Shown one piece after another: positions 11,717 through 25,670 of a stretch of DNA of 64,000 bases. Position 1 is the first letter of the stretch; each line of letters opens with the position of its first letter. A program made the position numbers and the translations under genes. The notes beneath the pieces are model-generated. The model did not search any database and was not told where the DNA came from. It worked only from the letters and a program-made list of their open reading frames with translations. The stretch is from Bilabrum cf. latius. Its lineage: Eukaryota. Location of the stretch: the NCBI GenBank assembly GCA_965178125.1, contig OZ237753.1, positions 124,001-188,000 on the forward strand, given 5' to 3'.

Positions 11717-14700
11717 TCAATTACCGGCCTATTCATTATCACGTGCAGCCGACCCCGCCTTGCTCATGGACCCCTTCTTCAGGAGTGGGTTGCGGCCGCT
11801 GTTGCGCCGGCCTAGGGAGCGGCTCGACGCTGCGGCCCTTCCGAACTCCTTCTTCTTGCCCCCGCGAGCCATGCCCAGGCCCATGGGGTTCATGCCCATC
11901 GGACTCGACTCGCCTAGCTGACGAGATCTGGCAGACCCCACACGCGGGGACGAGGCGCCCACGAGAGGAAACACGCCGCTGGCTGCCGCCCGCACATTCT
12001 CCTTGGTCATCCTGCCGTACTCCTTGGACATCTCCTCGTACGACAGCACGAACTCCTTGAACTGGCCCCTGAGGCGCACCCACGAGTGCCGGTCCAGGCT
12101 CTCCAGTTCCATCATGCCGCGCATGTTCTGCAGGAGAGCAGAGTCGCCGTCCGCGCCGCTGTCCTTGCCAGCCTTGCTGACGTCCATGAGCGGGTTGGCG
12201 CTGTACTCGGCGTTGGACATGTCCACGTCGATCTTGCGGGCGGCCTTGCCCTCCTTGACCTTCTTGATGCTGGTCTGCTGCAGCCGACGGGCGCGGTCCT
12301 TGGCCGTCACCAGCATGTACAGCTCCAGCCCGAAGACCGTGAAGTAGTACGTGATGGATGACATGATGATGAGCATGAGGATGATGGTGATGGCGTCCCG
12401 CTGGTCCTGGTAGCCCTCCTGGTCGAAGCGGCCCGACTCGAGCATGATACCGCCCAGCGTCACGAGGATGGCGCAGAACAGCAGCACCGTCTCCACGGTG
12501 TTCCAGTTCATCACGTTGCTGCCCATCACGCCCATCACGTCCTTGGGATCCACGGCGGCTGCGTTGATGCGCGTGCTGCTGAGGCTGTTCTGGGACCTCT
12601 GGTTGGCCTTGTCCTGCCTCTTGTCCTGCGTGCGGATCGTGTCCCACAGCGAGTAGTACAGCTCAGGGGACCGAGCGCACATGATGAAGGCGGCAGAGCC
12701 CGTGGACTGCAGGCAGCCCGCGCACCCGTTCTATTGGGCACGCGCCATGGACCCGGTGCTGGCCATGCCGGTGGTGTCCAGCAGCTCATCGCGGCGGTTG
12801 GCCGAGTTCTGCGCAGCGGCCTTGTCGATGGCATCCGAGGAGCTGCGGTCCGCCTGGGCCTTGCGGAGACCCTCGTCCACGGACTTGCCGGCCCAGTCGA
12901 TGAGCGTGTCCTGATACTCGGCTGGGGGCATGTACGGGTTGTACTTGACCTGCAGCGTGTAGCACAGGAAGATGACCAGCAGCGTGGCGGCCATCTGGAA
13001 GGACGCGTTGGTGTTGAACATGAGCGAGCAGAAGGCGATGAGGGCCTTGCGCGCGATGATGGTCATGACCCACCAGTAGTACTCGGGCTTGAAGTAGTAG
13101 TACAGACGCTGGAACTTGACACGGAATGCTGCGGCCTGCTTGATGGCCTCGGGATCGGATGACACGAACGTGTATCCGTGTCCCTGGGCCCTCCTGAGCT
13201 GGTCCAGCATGATGGTCTCCTTATAGGTCACCAGCATAAAGGCAACCCACGCGGGGAAGCCGAACGTGTACACGATCAGCGCGATCACGGCGAAGGGCAT
13301 GAGCTGCAGCTGCACGCCGCCCTTCTGTCCGCATGGCTCGAACACGGCCTGCAGGTACTTCTGTCCGTCTGGCGGTGTGGTGGGCACGCAGTTGAACACG
13401 TCCAGGATGGTCTTGGTCTCGTGCAGGTACAGGAAGTACAGCAGCACGATCAGGCCAGCCACCAGAGGAGCGTACCGCTGCCCCTTGGGGTCCTTCTGCA
13501 TGTTGGTGAAGAGCGCGTACAGCCAGAAGGCCGCGAAGGCCACCATGCCCATGGCAATGACGGCCAGAGGCAGCAACACAATGAAGTACCACTTGGTCTG
13601 GAAGGCCAGCTCGGGCACAGTGCACTCGGGGGCCGTGATCTCGAGGTTCAAGTTGAAGGCGGACAGGATGTGGAACAGGTCCTTGAGCATGGGGGGCCAG
13701 CTCACGCGGGCGTTGGCGAAGATGGCCAGCACCTGGAAGTAGTCCACGCCGATGGCGATCAGCGCGATGTTGATCTTGCTGCGGTTCAGCCACAGGCCCA
13801 CGCATCCGGCCGTCATGGCCATCAGCACAAACGCCACGATGAGGATCCACGGGTTGTCGGGGCACTTGACGCACTCCCCCGCGCGCCTGTAGAAGCCCGT
13901 GTCGCAGCTGGCGCACCTGTACATGGGCGCCTTGGAGGCGTACCCTCGGGCGCAGAAGTTGTCGCCCACGCACGCCCACTGCGGCTCGCATGCCACGATG
14001 CACACGTCCCTGGGCCCGCCCTCGTGGATCGCGGGCTCGTTCTCGTCCAGCGGGTGCCTGGGCGCCACCACCTGCCGGCCTGGCGGGCAGACCTGCAGCA
14101 TGTTGAAGTTGGCGGAGTCGGACGAGTTGAGGTTGTAGAAGTTCTCCAAAGGCCTCGGCATGGTGTGCGTGTTGTTGAACTGGTCGTAGCCGTCGCACAC
14201 GCCTCCCTCGGGGCAGGGCAGGCACATCTCTCCCTCCAGACCGAAGTAGTCTCGGTCGCACACCACCTGCACCAGCGGCGGCCTGGTGATGTCTGCGAAG
14301 CGGCGCTGGCCAGCCACCTGCACGGTGATGTTCTTGGGCCCCACTGTGTCTGCGTCCAGGTGGCACTCCAACACGGCCCGCTGGGTGGTGTCCCCGGTGA
14401 ACTCGTCCAGCACCTCGGCCACGGAGCGCTGGGCTCCCTCGGGCAGAGCGCCCGGCATGAAGCACTCCCTTGCTCCGATGTGGATGCGGGACAGGCGCTC
14501 TGCCTCGCTCCAGCCCTCGGTGGATCCCGTGGGTCCGAAGTTCCTGCCCTTGATGGTGATGGGGTGCCTGCCCTCCAGCTCGCGCACCTCCACGGTCTGC
14601 GGAGTCACGGACGTGATGAACGGCCTCGAGTAGTTGACGAGCAGCACGTTGCTACGGATCTCTAGCACGTCCCCGTCAGTCACGCGAGCAGATGGGTTCT

Positions 14701-17700
14701 GCTCGAAGTAAGACACGAACACATCCCGGTTGGTACCCAAGCCCTCGGGGGTCACGAACACGATCTCGTCGTCCTGGTGACGCACGATGGTGGGCTGGCC
14801 CGGGCTCCACAGACTCCTGGACTCGCAGCCCTCGGCGCCCGTCACGGTCAGCTCCGACTGCGCCACGGCCGAGTCGGGGCCCAGCTGGGAGGTACCATCC
14901 AGGCCTCGCGCCACGGAGAGGCAGGCACGGTAGAACTGCACTGCCATGCCGGCCGTGGGCAGCACGCCCTGCGGCAGGCTGCTAGTGCCCATGTCCAGCT
15001 CGCCGTCGCCCTCGGGGGTGTGCAGGGGCAGTGGCACGCTTCCCGCCACGAAGGTCTGTGCCGCTGACTGCAGCACGTTGGGGTTGGTGATGGGCCCGCG
15101 GCCGAAGTTCCTGCCCTTGAGCACGAGCTGCGCCCCTCCCGCCGTGGGGATGTCAAACACGCTGTTGGGTAGCGCCTCGATCGAGTCAATCTCCGGGTCG
15201 TTGTACTGGAACGCCACACCCTCGATGCCGGCCTGCACACCCCTGAGCTTGGGTCCTTGCATGGCGCCCTCGGGCTGCTGTCCGCGCACGCGCAGGGTGA
15301 TGTCGCGCATGCCCACACCCGGAGGCATCAGCAGCCGCACCCTGTCGTGTGTCCAGCTCAGCACGTGCCCGTGCCATACTTCGCCCTCGCCGTACACAGT
15401 CTCCGAGTGATCGCACACCAGGTTCCGCAGGCGAGTCCCCAGCGGCGCCGCGCTCTCCTCGGCGTCCCTGTTGGGCCATGCCACAAAGGCGCAGGAGGTG
15501 TCGTTATTTCTGGCTCCAAAGTTCTCGCCATCCAGCTCGACCTCGTAGAAGCCCACCGCAGGTCCGCGGCGCACCGTCACCTGCGTGGTGCCGTCCTCGG
15601 CCTGCACCACCTCCTGGCTGGCAGTGGCGGCGTACACAGTGGCGCCTGTGATGGAGGGCTTCATGTACGCGAAGGCGTCCTGCAGCGGCTCCGACCGCAC
15701 GCCTGCCACGCTGACCACTGCATCTAGACGAGCACCGGTGCCCTCAGCCAGAGTGCACTCCATCTCGTCGTAGGCGGGGCGGTTGGCGGGCGCGGGGATG
15801 CGCACGGGGTCGGAGCAGTTGAGCATGCCGGGCGCGCTCGTGTCGGTGATCTCCTGCTCGGCGGCTCGTTCCTGGGAGAGAGAGCTGTCGCGGCCGATGT
15901 GCACGGCCAGCTGAGCCACCACTCCAGTGTCCGCCTGCAGCGGACTGGGCTCGCCGAAGTTGGTGCCGCGCACTAGCACGCGCACACCGCCGCGGGTGGG
16001 TCCCCTGGGCAGTCCGTTGAGGGTCACGCTCTGGATGGCGGGGGGCGTGTGGGAGTGCACCATGGGCTGTGAGTCCTGCCCGCCCACCGTCACGCGGAAG
16101 GCAAACGGCATGCCTCCCAGGGCCGGGTCCGTGCCGTCGCCCTCGCCCTGGGGCACACGCAGCTCCAGCATGGTGTGCGAGCGGCTGCGGCGGGCGGGGT
16201 CCTGGGTCGTGTGCCTGCATGCAGATGTCTCGTCCTGGTACTGCTCGCCCATCTCGAACATGTTGCCGAAGCCGAGACGCACCTGGGGGCACAGCCCGAA
16301 GTTCTCACCCACGATGCGCATGATGGCCCCTCGAGTAGGTGTGTATACCACGCCGTCCGCTGGAGTGAACACCTCGTCGGGCTGTCCGGATGGATTGGCC
16401 GACGTATCGTGCCAGACCTGCACCTCTGTGATGGACGGAGGCGCGTACGAGATAAACTGCGGACCAGACACGATCCCATCGCTGCCGGCCGAGAAGCGCT
16501 GCACCACCACAGGCACCTGCGAGCCGTCGTTCACGAACTCGCCGCGGGGTCCAGCCGGCATCACGCAGGCGATGTCCCACTGCATGCCTCCATTGTCCGC
16601 GTCAATGAGCGAGTTGTAGCTCGGATTGGCATCCACCTGGGCCTGCAGGATCACAGTGGGGAAGTCCGCGTCGGACACGGTCTGTGACGGGTCGGAGGGT
16701 AGCACCAGCGGGCACGGCTGCCCGCCCACGTCCACCTGAATGCTCTGTGCCTGCCCGATGCGGGCCACCTTGAGCTCGAGGATCTGCCCTCCCGCCGTGT
16801 TGAAGGCGTCGGCTCCCTGCAGACCTGCCACCTGGGGAGACACGTCGTAGTACTGGGCGGCAGGAGACGTCTGGCTCTTCTCCATGGCACCGTCGTATGA
16901 GAAGGAGCCCAGATGAACCTTCGCGAACCCAGAGTCCACGTCGGTCATAACCTCGATCACGGTGTCGGTCCAGTCCACCACCTGCACGCGGCCCGTATCT
17001 GCCGAGAAGTCCGACGGGTCGTTCGAGGGCGCGATGAGCACCTTGCGCTCCACCTGGTCGTTGAGCTCCTGCGCCGAGGCACCGAAGTTGCGGCCGTACA
17101 CGCGCAGCAGCTTGATGCCCTCCTGTCCGGGGAACAGATTGGCTCGCTGGTTGGCGTACGGTCCCGTGGTGCCGATGGGATCCAGCGAGAGGAAGTCGAT
17201 CGAGGGGTTCTGGTAGGTGAACACCTTGGGGTCGGTCACCACCACAGACGCATTGATGGGTCCCTCGGTCACCATGGTCGTGTAGGCCGACATGTCCACG
17301 GCGCTGCGGAGTGCCAGCTGGGGGAAGCCCGCGGGCGAGTTGACCAGCACCACCGCTCTGTCCTTGCCCACTCCAGAGGGCAGCGCGAACTTGACCGTCT
17401 GCACTGCGTCGCGGTCGTATCCGGCTGGGTACGTGGCATTGCCAGAGGCAGGCTCGAAGCGACCAGTGCCAGACATGGGCTCCGTGGTTGCAATACCAGC
17501 AGTCATCGTGCCGTCAGCAGCGTGGCCAAAGTTGACGGTCAGCGTGGATCGGCTGTCCGCGAATCCGAAGTGCTTGCCTGTCACCTTGACCATCTGGGGG
17601 CTCTCCTCGTCCTGCTGCGCGTGCCCGAAGGCAGGCGAGATTGACATGACTTCGGGTGCGGCATACGACACGGTGGATTGGGACTCTGGTGACTCCTGGT

Positions 17701-20700
17701 CGCCCACAACTACCACGAACCGCATATCGGCACCCACACCTGGGGGCACCCGTACCCTGATCCTCTGGTGGTCCGTCATGATGCGGTACTCGGACTCGGG
17801 CAGCACGTACTGGTGGGCCCCGTTGCCGAAGCGCACCTCCTGCAGCAGCTGCTCGTCTCCCGACGGCCCGAAGTTGCGGCCCACGAGCTCCACGTAGTCT
17901 CCACCCTCGGGGCTCAGCTGCCGGTCCTGGGGCATGGCGGGCATGGGGTCCACCGAGATCGGCTCGCCACTCACCGTGGCAGGGAACAGCCCAGCCCCGT
18001 TGAAGCGCTCGATCGAATCGATCACAGGCAGGGCATACGCAGTCACCGGGTCTCTGGAAGTCAGCCCAGCCACCACCATGGTCCACTTGAGGTCGGCACC
18101 GCCACCCACAGCCAGCTCGCACCGGATCCGCTTGTGGTCCACCACCATGCTGCAGCTGCTGCCATCCACGGCGAACGTCCTGATCTCGGGATCGATGGCA
18201 TTGCCGCTCTCGTCGAAGCGGGCCATGACCAGCCTGTACGAGATGGCCACGTGGTCGTCCATCACGGGGCCGAAGTTGTCGCCGTAGATCTCGATGAGGT
18301 CCCCGCCCTCCGTGCGACCTTGCTTCACCGCATCGATGTTCTCGGCATCTGCCACATCGTCAAAGCCTGCAATGGTGGGGGCAGAGTAGCTCGAATTAGC
18401 CTCGAAGATGGCCTCGGTCATCTGCCCGCCCACGCGCAGAGCCCAAGAGTAGCCCGCACCGCGGCCCGGGATGAGCCGGCAGTTGACGCGGCTGACACCG
18501 TGCCTGGCCGGGTCACGCACCACCTCGCATGCCCCCGTGGCCTCGTCCTGGTCCATCTCGTACAGGCCGCTACCTGCCGGGAAGTCGCTCTCCAGCCCGA
18601 ACTGCACCAACTCGATGGCGTTCATGGCCACAGGTCCGAAGTGCTCGCCGTCGATCTCTACCAGATCGCCCCCAGAGGTGGAGGCCTCCTTGGCACCAGG
18701 CCCGAACACACGGGTGATCACCGGTGGCAGGTAGCTCAGCTGCTCCGAGGAGGGGCTGCTCTCGAGGTCGAATGCGGTGGACACCTGCCCGGGCATCACC
18801 ACCTTGAGGCGGTGGTTCCGGCCCACACCTGCCCCCGTGGTGCACGTCAGCCTCGTGTGCTCCGATCCGACGTCCTTGGTGCACGTCACATCGCTCACGT
18901 ACTCGTGATCTCCGATGGCAGCCACCAGCCCAGGGATGGTGCTGGGCCTGGTGCCATACGACACGCGGGGCACAAGCGCCCTGGAGCTGATGTCGGTCAT
19001 GGGCCCGAAGTTGCGACCCTCCACCACAATGGTCTCGCCGCCCGCAGCGTTCATCGAGTCCAAGCCGTGCATGGATCCGGCTGGCACGCTCACACTCGTC
19101 ACCTCAGGAGCGGCGTACTCGATCTGGTCCGCAGCAGCCACCTCTGACACAGTCCCGCCCACGCGCACGTACAGGCTCAGTCCCTGCCCGTACCCCTCGC
19201 CCGTTCTGATTCTCAACTCATCGTAGCCTACGCCGTAGACTTGCACGGTCGCCACGAATGGCAGATCATCGAACACAATCTCTTCATCTCCATCAGCCGA
19301 TGGCAGGTCGGACTAGAAGCCGTACCTGACCTGCACCAGATTCAGGTCCATCCCTTCGAAGCCCAAGTTGGCGCCAGTCAGGATGATCGTCTCACCGCCT
19401 GCCGTGTTCATGGGCCGCGTGTTGACGAGGTCGTTGGGGCCGGCGATGGAGGCCACCGACGGAGCTGCATACCCAGAGAGCACAGGCTCCAGGAAGCGAA
19501 CCTTCTCTCCTCGCATGATCACGTGCCATCGGAAGTTTGAGCCCACGCCTGGAGGCACCTAGCACGTCATGTAGTCGAGGTCGTTGCTATTTTCGTCCGT
19601 GTCTCCTGACTTTTTCACTTTGCAGTTGGTTGCATTGTAGGACAAGTATGGCGCCGATGTCTGGCTGTACCACACGCTCAAGTCAGTCGTGTCCACGAGG
19701 TTCAGCCCAATCAGCCTCACACCCTGCACGAAACCCCCGGATGTGCCCCTAGTCAGCATCTGCCGGAATGAGTAGTCCTCTTCCTCCCGCACCTGGTCGT
19801 TGCACTGCCCGTCGCACACCTGCACGGCGGTCAGCAGCGGATTCGAAGCCAGGTCCCGAGCGGTGAGGTCTGACGCGATGATGACCATCTGCTTGCCCAC
19901 GGTGGGAGTCGACACGCGCCCATCATCGGCCGCCAGCTCGACTTCGTACACGCCCCTCACTAGCCTGCCCTCGTACTCGATGGGGTACATGGGGTCGTCT
20001 TCCTGGGGGGCCGTGTGGTAGGTCAGGTCCACCTTGAACTCGAGCTGCTTGGTGCCGGTGGGGTCATTGGTGTCAGGCGTGTCCCGGAGATCAAAGACGA
20101 TTTCGTTCGCCGGCAGTGCTTCGCGAGTCTCAGATGTGTCGGTGAGGAAGTTTCCATCCACGAAACCAGGCAGCCGAGTGACTGACACGATGCTGTAGTC
20201 GACCTGGTCGTTATCTTCATCAAGTGACCGCATGACAACTACTCTTGACCCCGCCATGGCAGCCCCCTCGCCCACCACATAGACAGTCGGCGGTACCTCC
20301 GGGGGGTCGTTGACGTCGTTCAGAGTCACATTGATCTACTTGCCATCATCCAGCCCCTCTGGATCCGCCACGGTCACGAACAGCAGGTGCTCGTGCTTCT
20401 CCTCGTAGTTGAGACCCTCTTTGGCCACCGACAGCTGGCCCGATGATTCGCCGATCGTGAAGAAGCCGTCGTCGTTGCCAGCCAGGATAGACCAGGTGAA
20501 ATCAGTGTCATCGTCTGGGTCGGTAGCAGTGAATGGCCCGGGCAGCACGTTGGTGCCCACTGCAGAGTTCTCGTCCACGGTGACCATCACGGGATCCATC
20601 TGATCCATGACGGGCGGGTCGTTGCGGTCCAGCACGTTGATGGTCACGTCAACCTCACTGGCAGCGAAGTCCTTGCCGTCCGTCTTGCCCACCACAGTGA

Positions 20701-23515
20701 CCACGTACTGGGTCTTGACATTGTAGTCCAGGATGGCATTGGCCACCTTGATCTGGCCGTCGCACAGCCCGATCGTGAACACCGGTAGAAAGTTATCGCT
20801 TTCATCTTTGGTCTGCCCGTCGTTGTTCCCTTCCGGCTTGATGGACCACAGGATGGCCTGGTTATCACTCAGCGTGGTGCCCTGGATGGGGCTGCCCACC
20901 AACGTGCCGGGCATCACGCGCTCTTCCACCTGTAGCTCGCCATCCAGGTCAGGGATGGACGGGGGCGCAACCCTGCATTTCTGTAGGCCAGTGAACTTTC
21001 CGTCGTATCCGCATGAGCTTCGGGGTGCTGTCCCGGGTATGGGCAAGTACCCCTCCCTGCACGGGAACTCGCAGGACTCGCCAGTCACAATTCCATCGCA
21101 TTGCGTGCTGTCCTTGCAGTCAGTCCACACCTTGAAATCATCGATCTCCACACCGCCACCCTGGGCTGCAATGCCTTGCATGCCGTACGAATCCATGAAT
21201 GATGTTCCTGGCTCAGTAAATGTGGACACGAGCTCGTCACCGCAGTAGACCTTGATGCTAGTGGTGTCGTGCAAGGCTCGGATGAGCTGCAGCTCCTCGG
21301 AGTTACTGGTCGGGATTGAGCAGTCGCCCGTAAACTCTACCTCAGTCTCCTTATCGATCCATTGTCGCAGTGTAGAGTCGTACTCCCGCTTGAAATACGT
21401 CACGTGGTGTTTGTTAGATCCGCCTGTGAGACTAATGGCATAGCCATGACCAATGCTTGTTCTCCAGCGAAGTAGAATCTGTGCCCTTGACCCATCCGGG
21501 ATGATGAACTTGGCCTCAACGTTTAGTGTCCGTCCAGACGTGTGCCGGTACGTCTAAGTACTACCTTGCGCAATGAGATAGTCAAAATTAGCCACTGTGT
21601 TGTAAGCTCCTCCAGTCAGCGGGCATGCATTGGCTGGCCGACCCTTATGCACCAACCGGTCGTTTTCGATCTTCCAGGTCCTGTTGGCAACACTTACAGC
21701 AACGTCTGCAGTAGGGTACGGCAGCAGCATGGGATACCAGGCCGGCCCAACCGCGCTTTTGAGCCCGTCCAAGTCCTGTCCGAAGCCCATGTAATTGTGT
21801 ACCCGCCTGCAAGATCCGGTGTTCTCGGGCATTCCCAGATTTGGGCATGATTTTCCGCACCGACCGAGGCCATCGCTCCAGGACCCTCCTCCAGAGGATG
21901 TGGTGTCATACCATCCTGATGAAGTAGGCCAGTAAGATTGTACTACTCTGTGACCACTATAACAGTACAACCAGCACGTCCTTCTAAGTGCTGCCGGCAT
22001 GGGAAGGGTGTAATCTCGGGTCGTAGGGTTGTACGTTCCGCAATATCCAGAACCCAATCCATCAATAGAATACCAGTAAGCATTGGGATCGTACTCAGGT
22101 ATCCAAGCGGTTGGAATGAGTTGAATAGCCGCCGGGGTCTGAACTGGCTGGTACTTCTGCTGCAAGTACGAACTGATGCTCTTTAGAGTAGACACGTTCA
22201 TTGGGTTGTCAGCTGGCGAGACGTACACGAGGTACTCGAGCATGTACTGCCTGCCGTTCTAGAAGATGTCACTCTGCGCAGGTTGAAGACAGATACAAGA
22301 CTGAATTTCACACAAGCTAGCTGGTGTAAGACCGTAGAGTCAGGAAATCAAGGGCGATGGAAGGAATGCTCACGCGGTAGGGCATCCCATTTACTGCGTT
22401 ACCCTCTACTTCGCCGTAGTCACGCCCAATCCGCAAACGAACATCTGCAGGAGTTATGAATACATCGATTTTGAACAACTGTGGGAAGCAGGTCCTGAAC
22501 ATAATGCTTGGGAAGTCTTCCGGACACCTCACCTGTTGAGTTGATCGCTCCAGTGTAGTCGCTGAGGGACTGATCTGCTGAAGCGACACCTTGAAACGCT
22601 GCTTCGTTTCTAGTGCCCGAGGCTGGGGTCTCGCTGATATCATCATCGAGGCCAACATGGAACTACTGCTCTGAGCCAACGTGTTTCGTCCAGCCAACCA
22701 TCACCTTTACTGGTTCGTCTCTCCAGCCGCTGTACGCATTGAAATAAAAATTGTACGGAAGGCGCTCGTACTTGAGCGATGCTTGTGCCTCCTAACCTGA
22801 CTGCTGTCCTACCCCGCCTCTACCCATGAATCCTAGCGTAGGGAAGCTTCTCGCATCATAAGATCCCCTGTAGGAGGTCTAGTCCGTATTGCTATCCCAT
22901 CCAAGATTCCACCCATTCGCGACCGGCTCGCCGTAGTCCCTTCTAAGCCGACCTGCGAAACAAATAGACATATCTAGCAAACATGCATGTATGTTGGATC
23001 CACTGGTCGCATCAAGGCGCGCAGTCCCTCAACGTTCGCGTGATCAGGCGTTCGAGACCAGTGCTGTCATATTTCTCACCCATGCTGATTGCCTCGAAGG
23101 GATAGGCCTGCCCAGGGTACGTGTACGGCTTTCCAACGGCAAAAATGTACTTATTGTAGCTGCTGCTAGCGTCCATCTTCTGGATTTCAGCGGCTTCACC
23201 GTCTCCTGGGATGTACTCCATGATATCAGCAGACATGTCTCCCGCGCTCCAGCACCCGACGTGCTCAGATCTCCCGTACGGCGCCATTCTCGTGGTGTAG
23301 GTGGCTGAGTACGCGGCTGTTACCGCTTGCCATGCACCTTGCGTCAGCTTTGCTTTGTCGCTGTTTGATTGGGTCAGAATTGTACCCTGCTCGACGCCTG
23401 AAAAATCAAGGTGGATCAGAAGCTCCACCCCGGTCCCCAAGTCGTCTTTCAGCGGGTCTGCCACGGCAGCCAAACTCCAACCGATGGCTACAGCCAAATA
23501 CAGCGGTATCGGCAT
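11717..23515 (-). CDS. Giant surface receptor copy 1 (~3827 aa): signal peptide, variable N-terminal region, sushi-like module, ~3 cadherin repeats, many IPT/TIG repeats, Cys-rich region, nine-pass TM domain (nonagonal-cadherin-like)
   Basis: Introns at 22953-23079, 22445-22532 and 22274-22373; the spliced length is divisible by 3. There are 10 in-frame TAGs and a true TGA at 11717. Cadherin motifs VLDRNDPP, VDENSAVGT, ATDPD, LNDVNDPP; repeated P-x-I..GG..I.G.NFG IPT motifs; nine hydrophobic segments by eye. An alternative upstream ATG at 23554 is in frame via a TAG. Confidence 0.85.
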
Positions 23516-24924
23516 GAACAGCGACTCCTACAAGGTAGTGAAGGACTTAGGCATCGATGTACTCGACAGAGAATTGAACCACACCCGTGCTCGAACTATA
23601 CTCTGTCTGCTGCACGAGTCTTTTGCTGTCGACACTCAAAGAACAAAGTAGCTCAGTTGATATATAACTTACAAGCTTTGTAAACCTCACGGCAACTAGT
23701 TCAAATTGCAGCTTGAGGGAAGTTGGAACAATGAGCGCTGTACTCTGTATCCGCACCTCGGTTTGGGTGAAATTTGGGTGCGCGTGCGCGTGTCCATCTC
23801 ATTTACAAGTTGTGCACGCTACTAGGTAGCATTAGATTTTGTTGTGTGGGATTATCTCAATACGTTATTTTCGGACGGGCAGCCATAAATCTGCACCTAC
23901 AGTTGTATTCTGGCCATCCAAGCAAAGCATGTCGAGTGGCAGCATTCTCTACGGGGGCTGATCTGGCCGAAAGCGGTGGCTCTCGAGGTGCGACTGGAAA
24001 CTTTGAGCGCTCCTCACCGACGGATAGGGTGGTCCGTCGTAAACCATGAGATCGAACCCTTCAAGTATGTATCTACATCCATGGCCGTGCGTTGGCACAA
24101 GTGCGAAGGGAGGGACGCCGATGTCGCGCGAAAATCCACTGGCGATCGCACGCCCGGAAACCAGGGCGCTGGCAGCAACCGAACCCAATCGGACCGAAGT
24201 CCCATCGATGTCATGATACAAATGGAACTCATTGAAGGACCTATTGGTTCGGATCTACTGAAGCGCCAAGTGGGCTGAGGATGGATGCCCGATGCAGGCC
24301 GAAGGACCCACACGGACACGCACGATAGCTGACACGGCGGTAAAGCACTACCAGTGTGAGCGCCAAACCTGTCATAAATAAGAGATAAAATAAAACAGCT
24401 TGGGCCGAAATGGCCTGTGCCGCGCTGTCCCGCCTTCCTCCCGAAGGAAGGAGACGAGGGAATGCTCCCTGTCGGTTGCAACCTCGCGTCGCGAACCTCG
24501 CGTCCCGCATCAACGGGACCCTCAACAACGAACCCCATTCGGCGTTAGCATTAGGAAAACACACGAAATCAAATTTTTCTGACTTGGACTGGATAGGCAG
24601 TTGCATCGGTATCCGGTCGAAATACCAATGCAATGGGTGACGATGCGCAGACAGTCATCACGACCATCCTGAAGACCGGCTGGTCCAACACTCTGCAGTA
24701 TAGGCTTGGTTGGGCCGCCGGGATGAACAACACGTTGATCGTACACCGCGAGCGGGCGCGGCTGCAGACCCCCGAATGCTTGCCATGGGACAGAAAGCAC
24801 ACGATCTTGCGACCACTATGGTGTTCGCCAGGGTCCGGCTAGTAGTACTGATTGAGACTGTCTCATCCAGACGGGGTTATCGCAGGCAGCTGCAGCCCAT
24901 GTCATCGGCACTGGTAGCACAACA

Positions 24925-24933
24925 TTGACAGCG

Positions 24934-24983
<50 letters not shown>

Positions 24984-25670
24984 TCCTTCTCGCGAGCTCC
25001 TGCTCCAGGGCGGCTCGCTACTGCCATGCTTTGATTCCCTTGCACCACGGAGCCGCTGGGCTACCCTGGGGATGGCGGCCTGCGGCATCAGCCAGCGCGG
25101 AGGGAAGCAACCTGTCGATGCTCCGATCGAATGAGGCACCAAGAGCAGCGGCTCGGCCGCCCCACCACGCCTCCATTCCGGACGAACCGTCGCCCTCTGC
25201 TGCCTGCGGGACCAACCGGCGCGCGGCGCCGGGTCCAGACGTGGCCTTCGGGGCTGGTGCTGCCTGTACGGGATCCTGTTCACACCCGAGCAGGCGAGGG
25301 CCTGGGTGGTCGCGAGCCTGGTTGCATTCGTGGTGGACATCGTGCTGCAGGAGCCGCTGGTGCAGCTGGGCAAGGTGCTGGTGCTGTTCGTGTATCGGCT
25401 GGGGACGGACTCTGCCAGGGCCATCGTGGTGGCGTCCGTGGCTGCTCGGGCAGACATCGAAGGCGTGAAAGAGATGCAGCCACCACTGGCAGGCGGATCG
25501 AGCACAGGAGCATTGAATGGCATCGAGACAGATGAGGGTGGCGATAGCAGCAGCAGCAGCAGCAGCAAGATCGATCGGGGCGAGGAGCCTGCGAGGGCTG
25601 CGGTGGATCTCGAGGATGCCGGCGACGATGATATCGTGATGTGGCCGGCGTGGTGCTGTTTATTTGAGCT
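24925..25670 (+). pseudogene. Degenerate fragment resembling a polycystin/PKD1-type transmembrane segment
   Basis: YGILFTPEQARAWVVASLVAFVVDIVLQEPLVQLGK resembles PKD1-family TM helices. There is an in-frame TGA at 25132, no clear start, and the fragment runs into repeat R. Confidence 0.3.
24934..24982 (+). repeat. (GCAGGA)n hexanucleotide microsatellite, ~8 units
   Basis: Directly visible. Confidence 0.95.

Noticed and set aside
23930-24300. Short ORF 23976-24278 as a gene
   Set aside because: No ATG start, no recognisable motif and no codon bias; not supportable.
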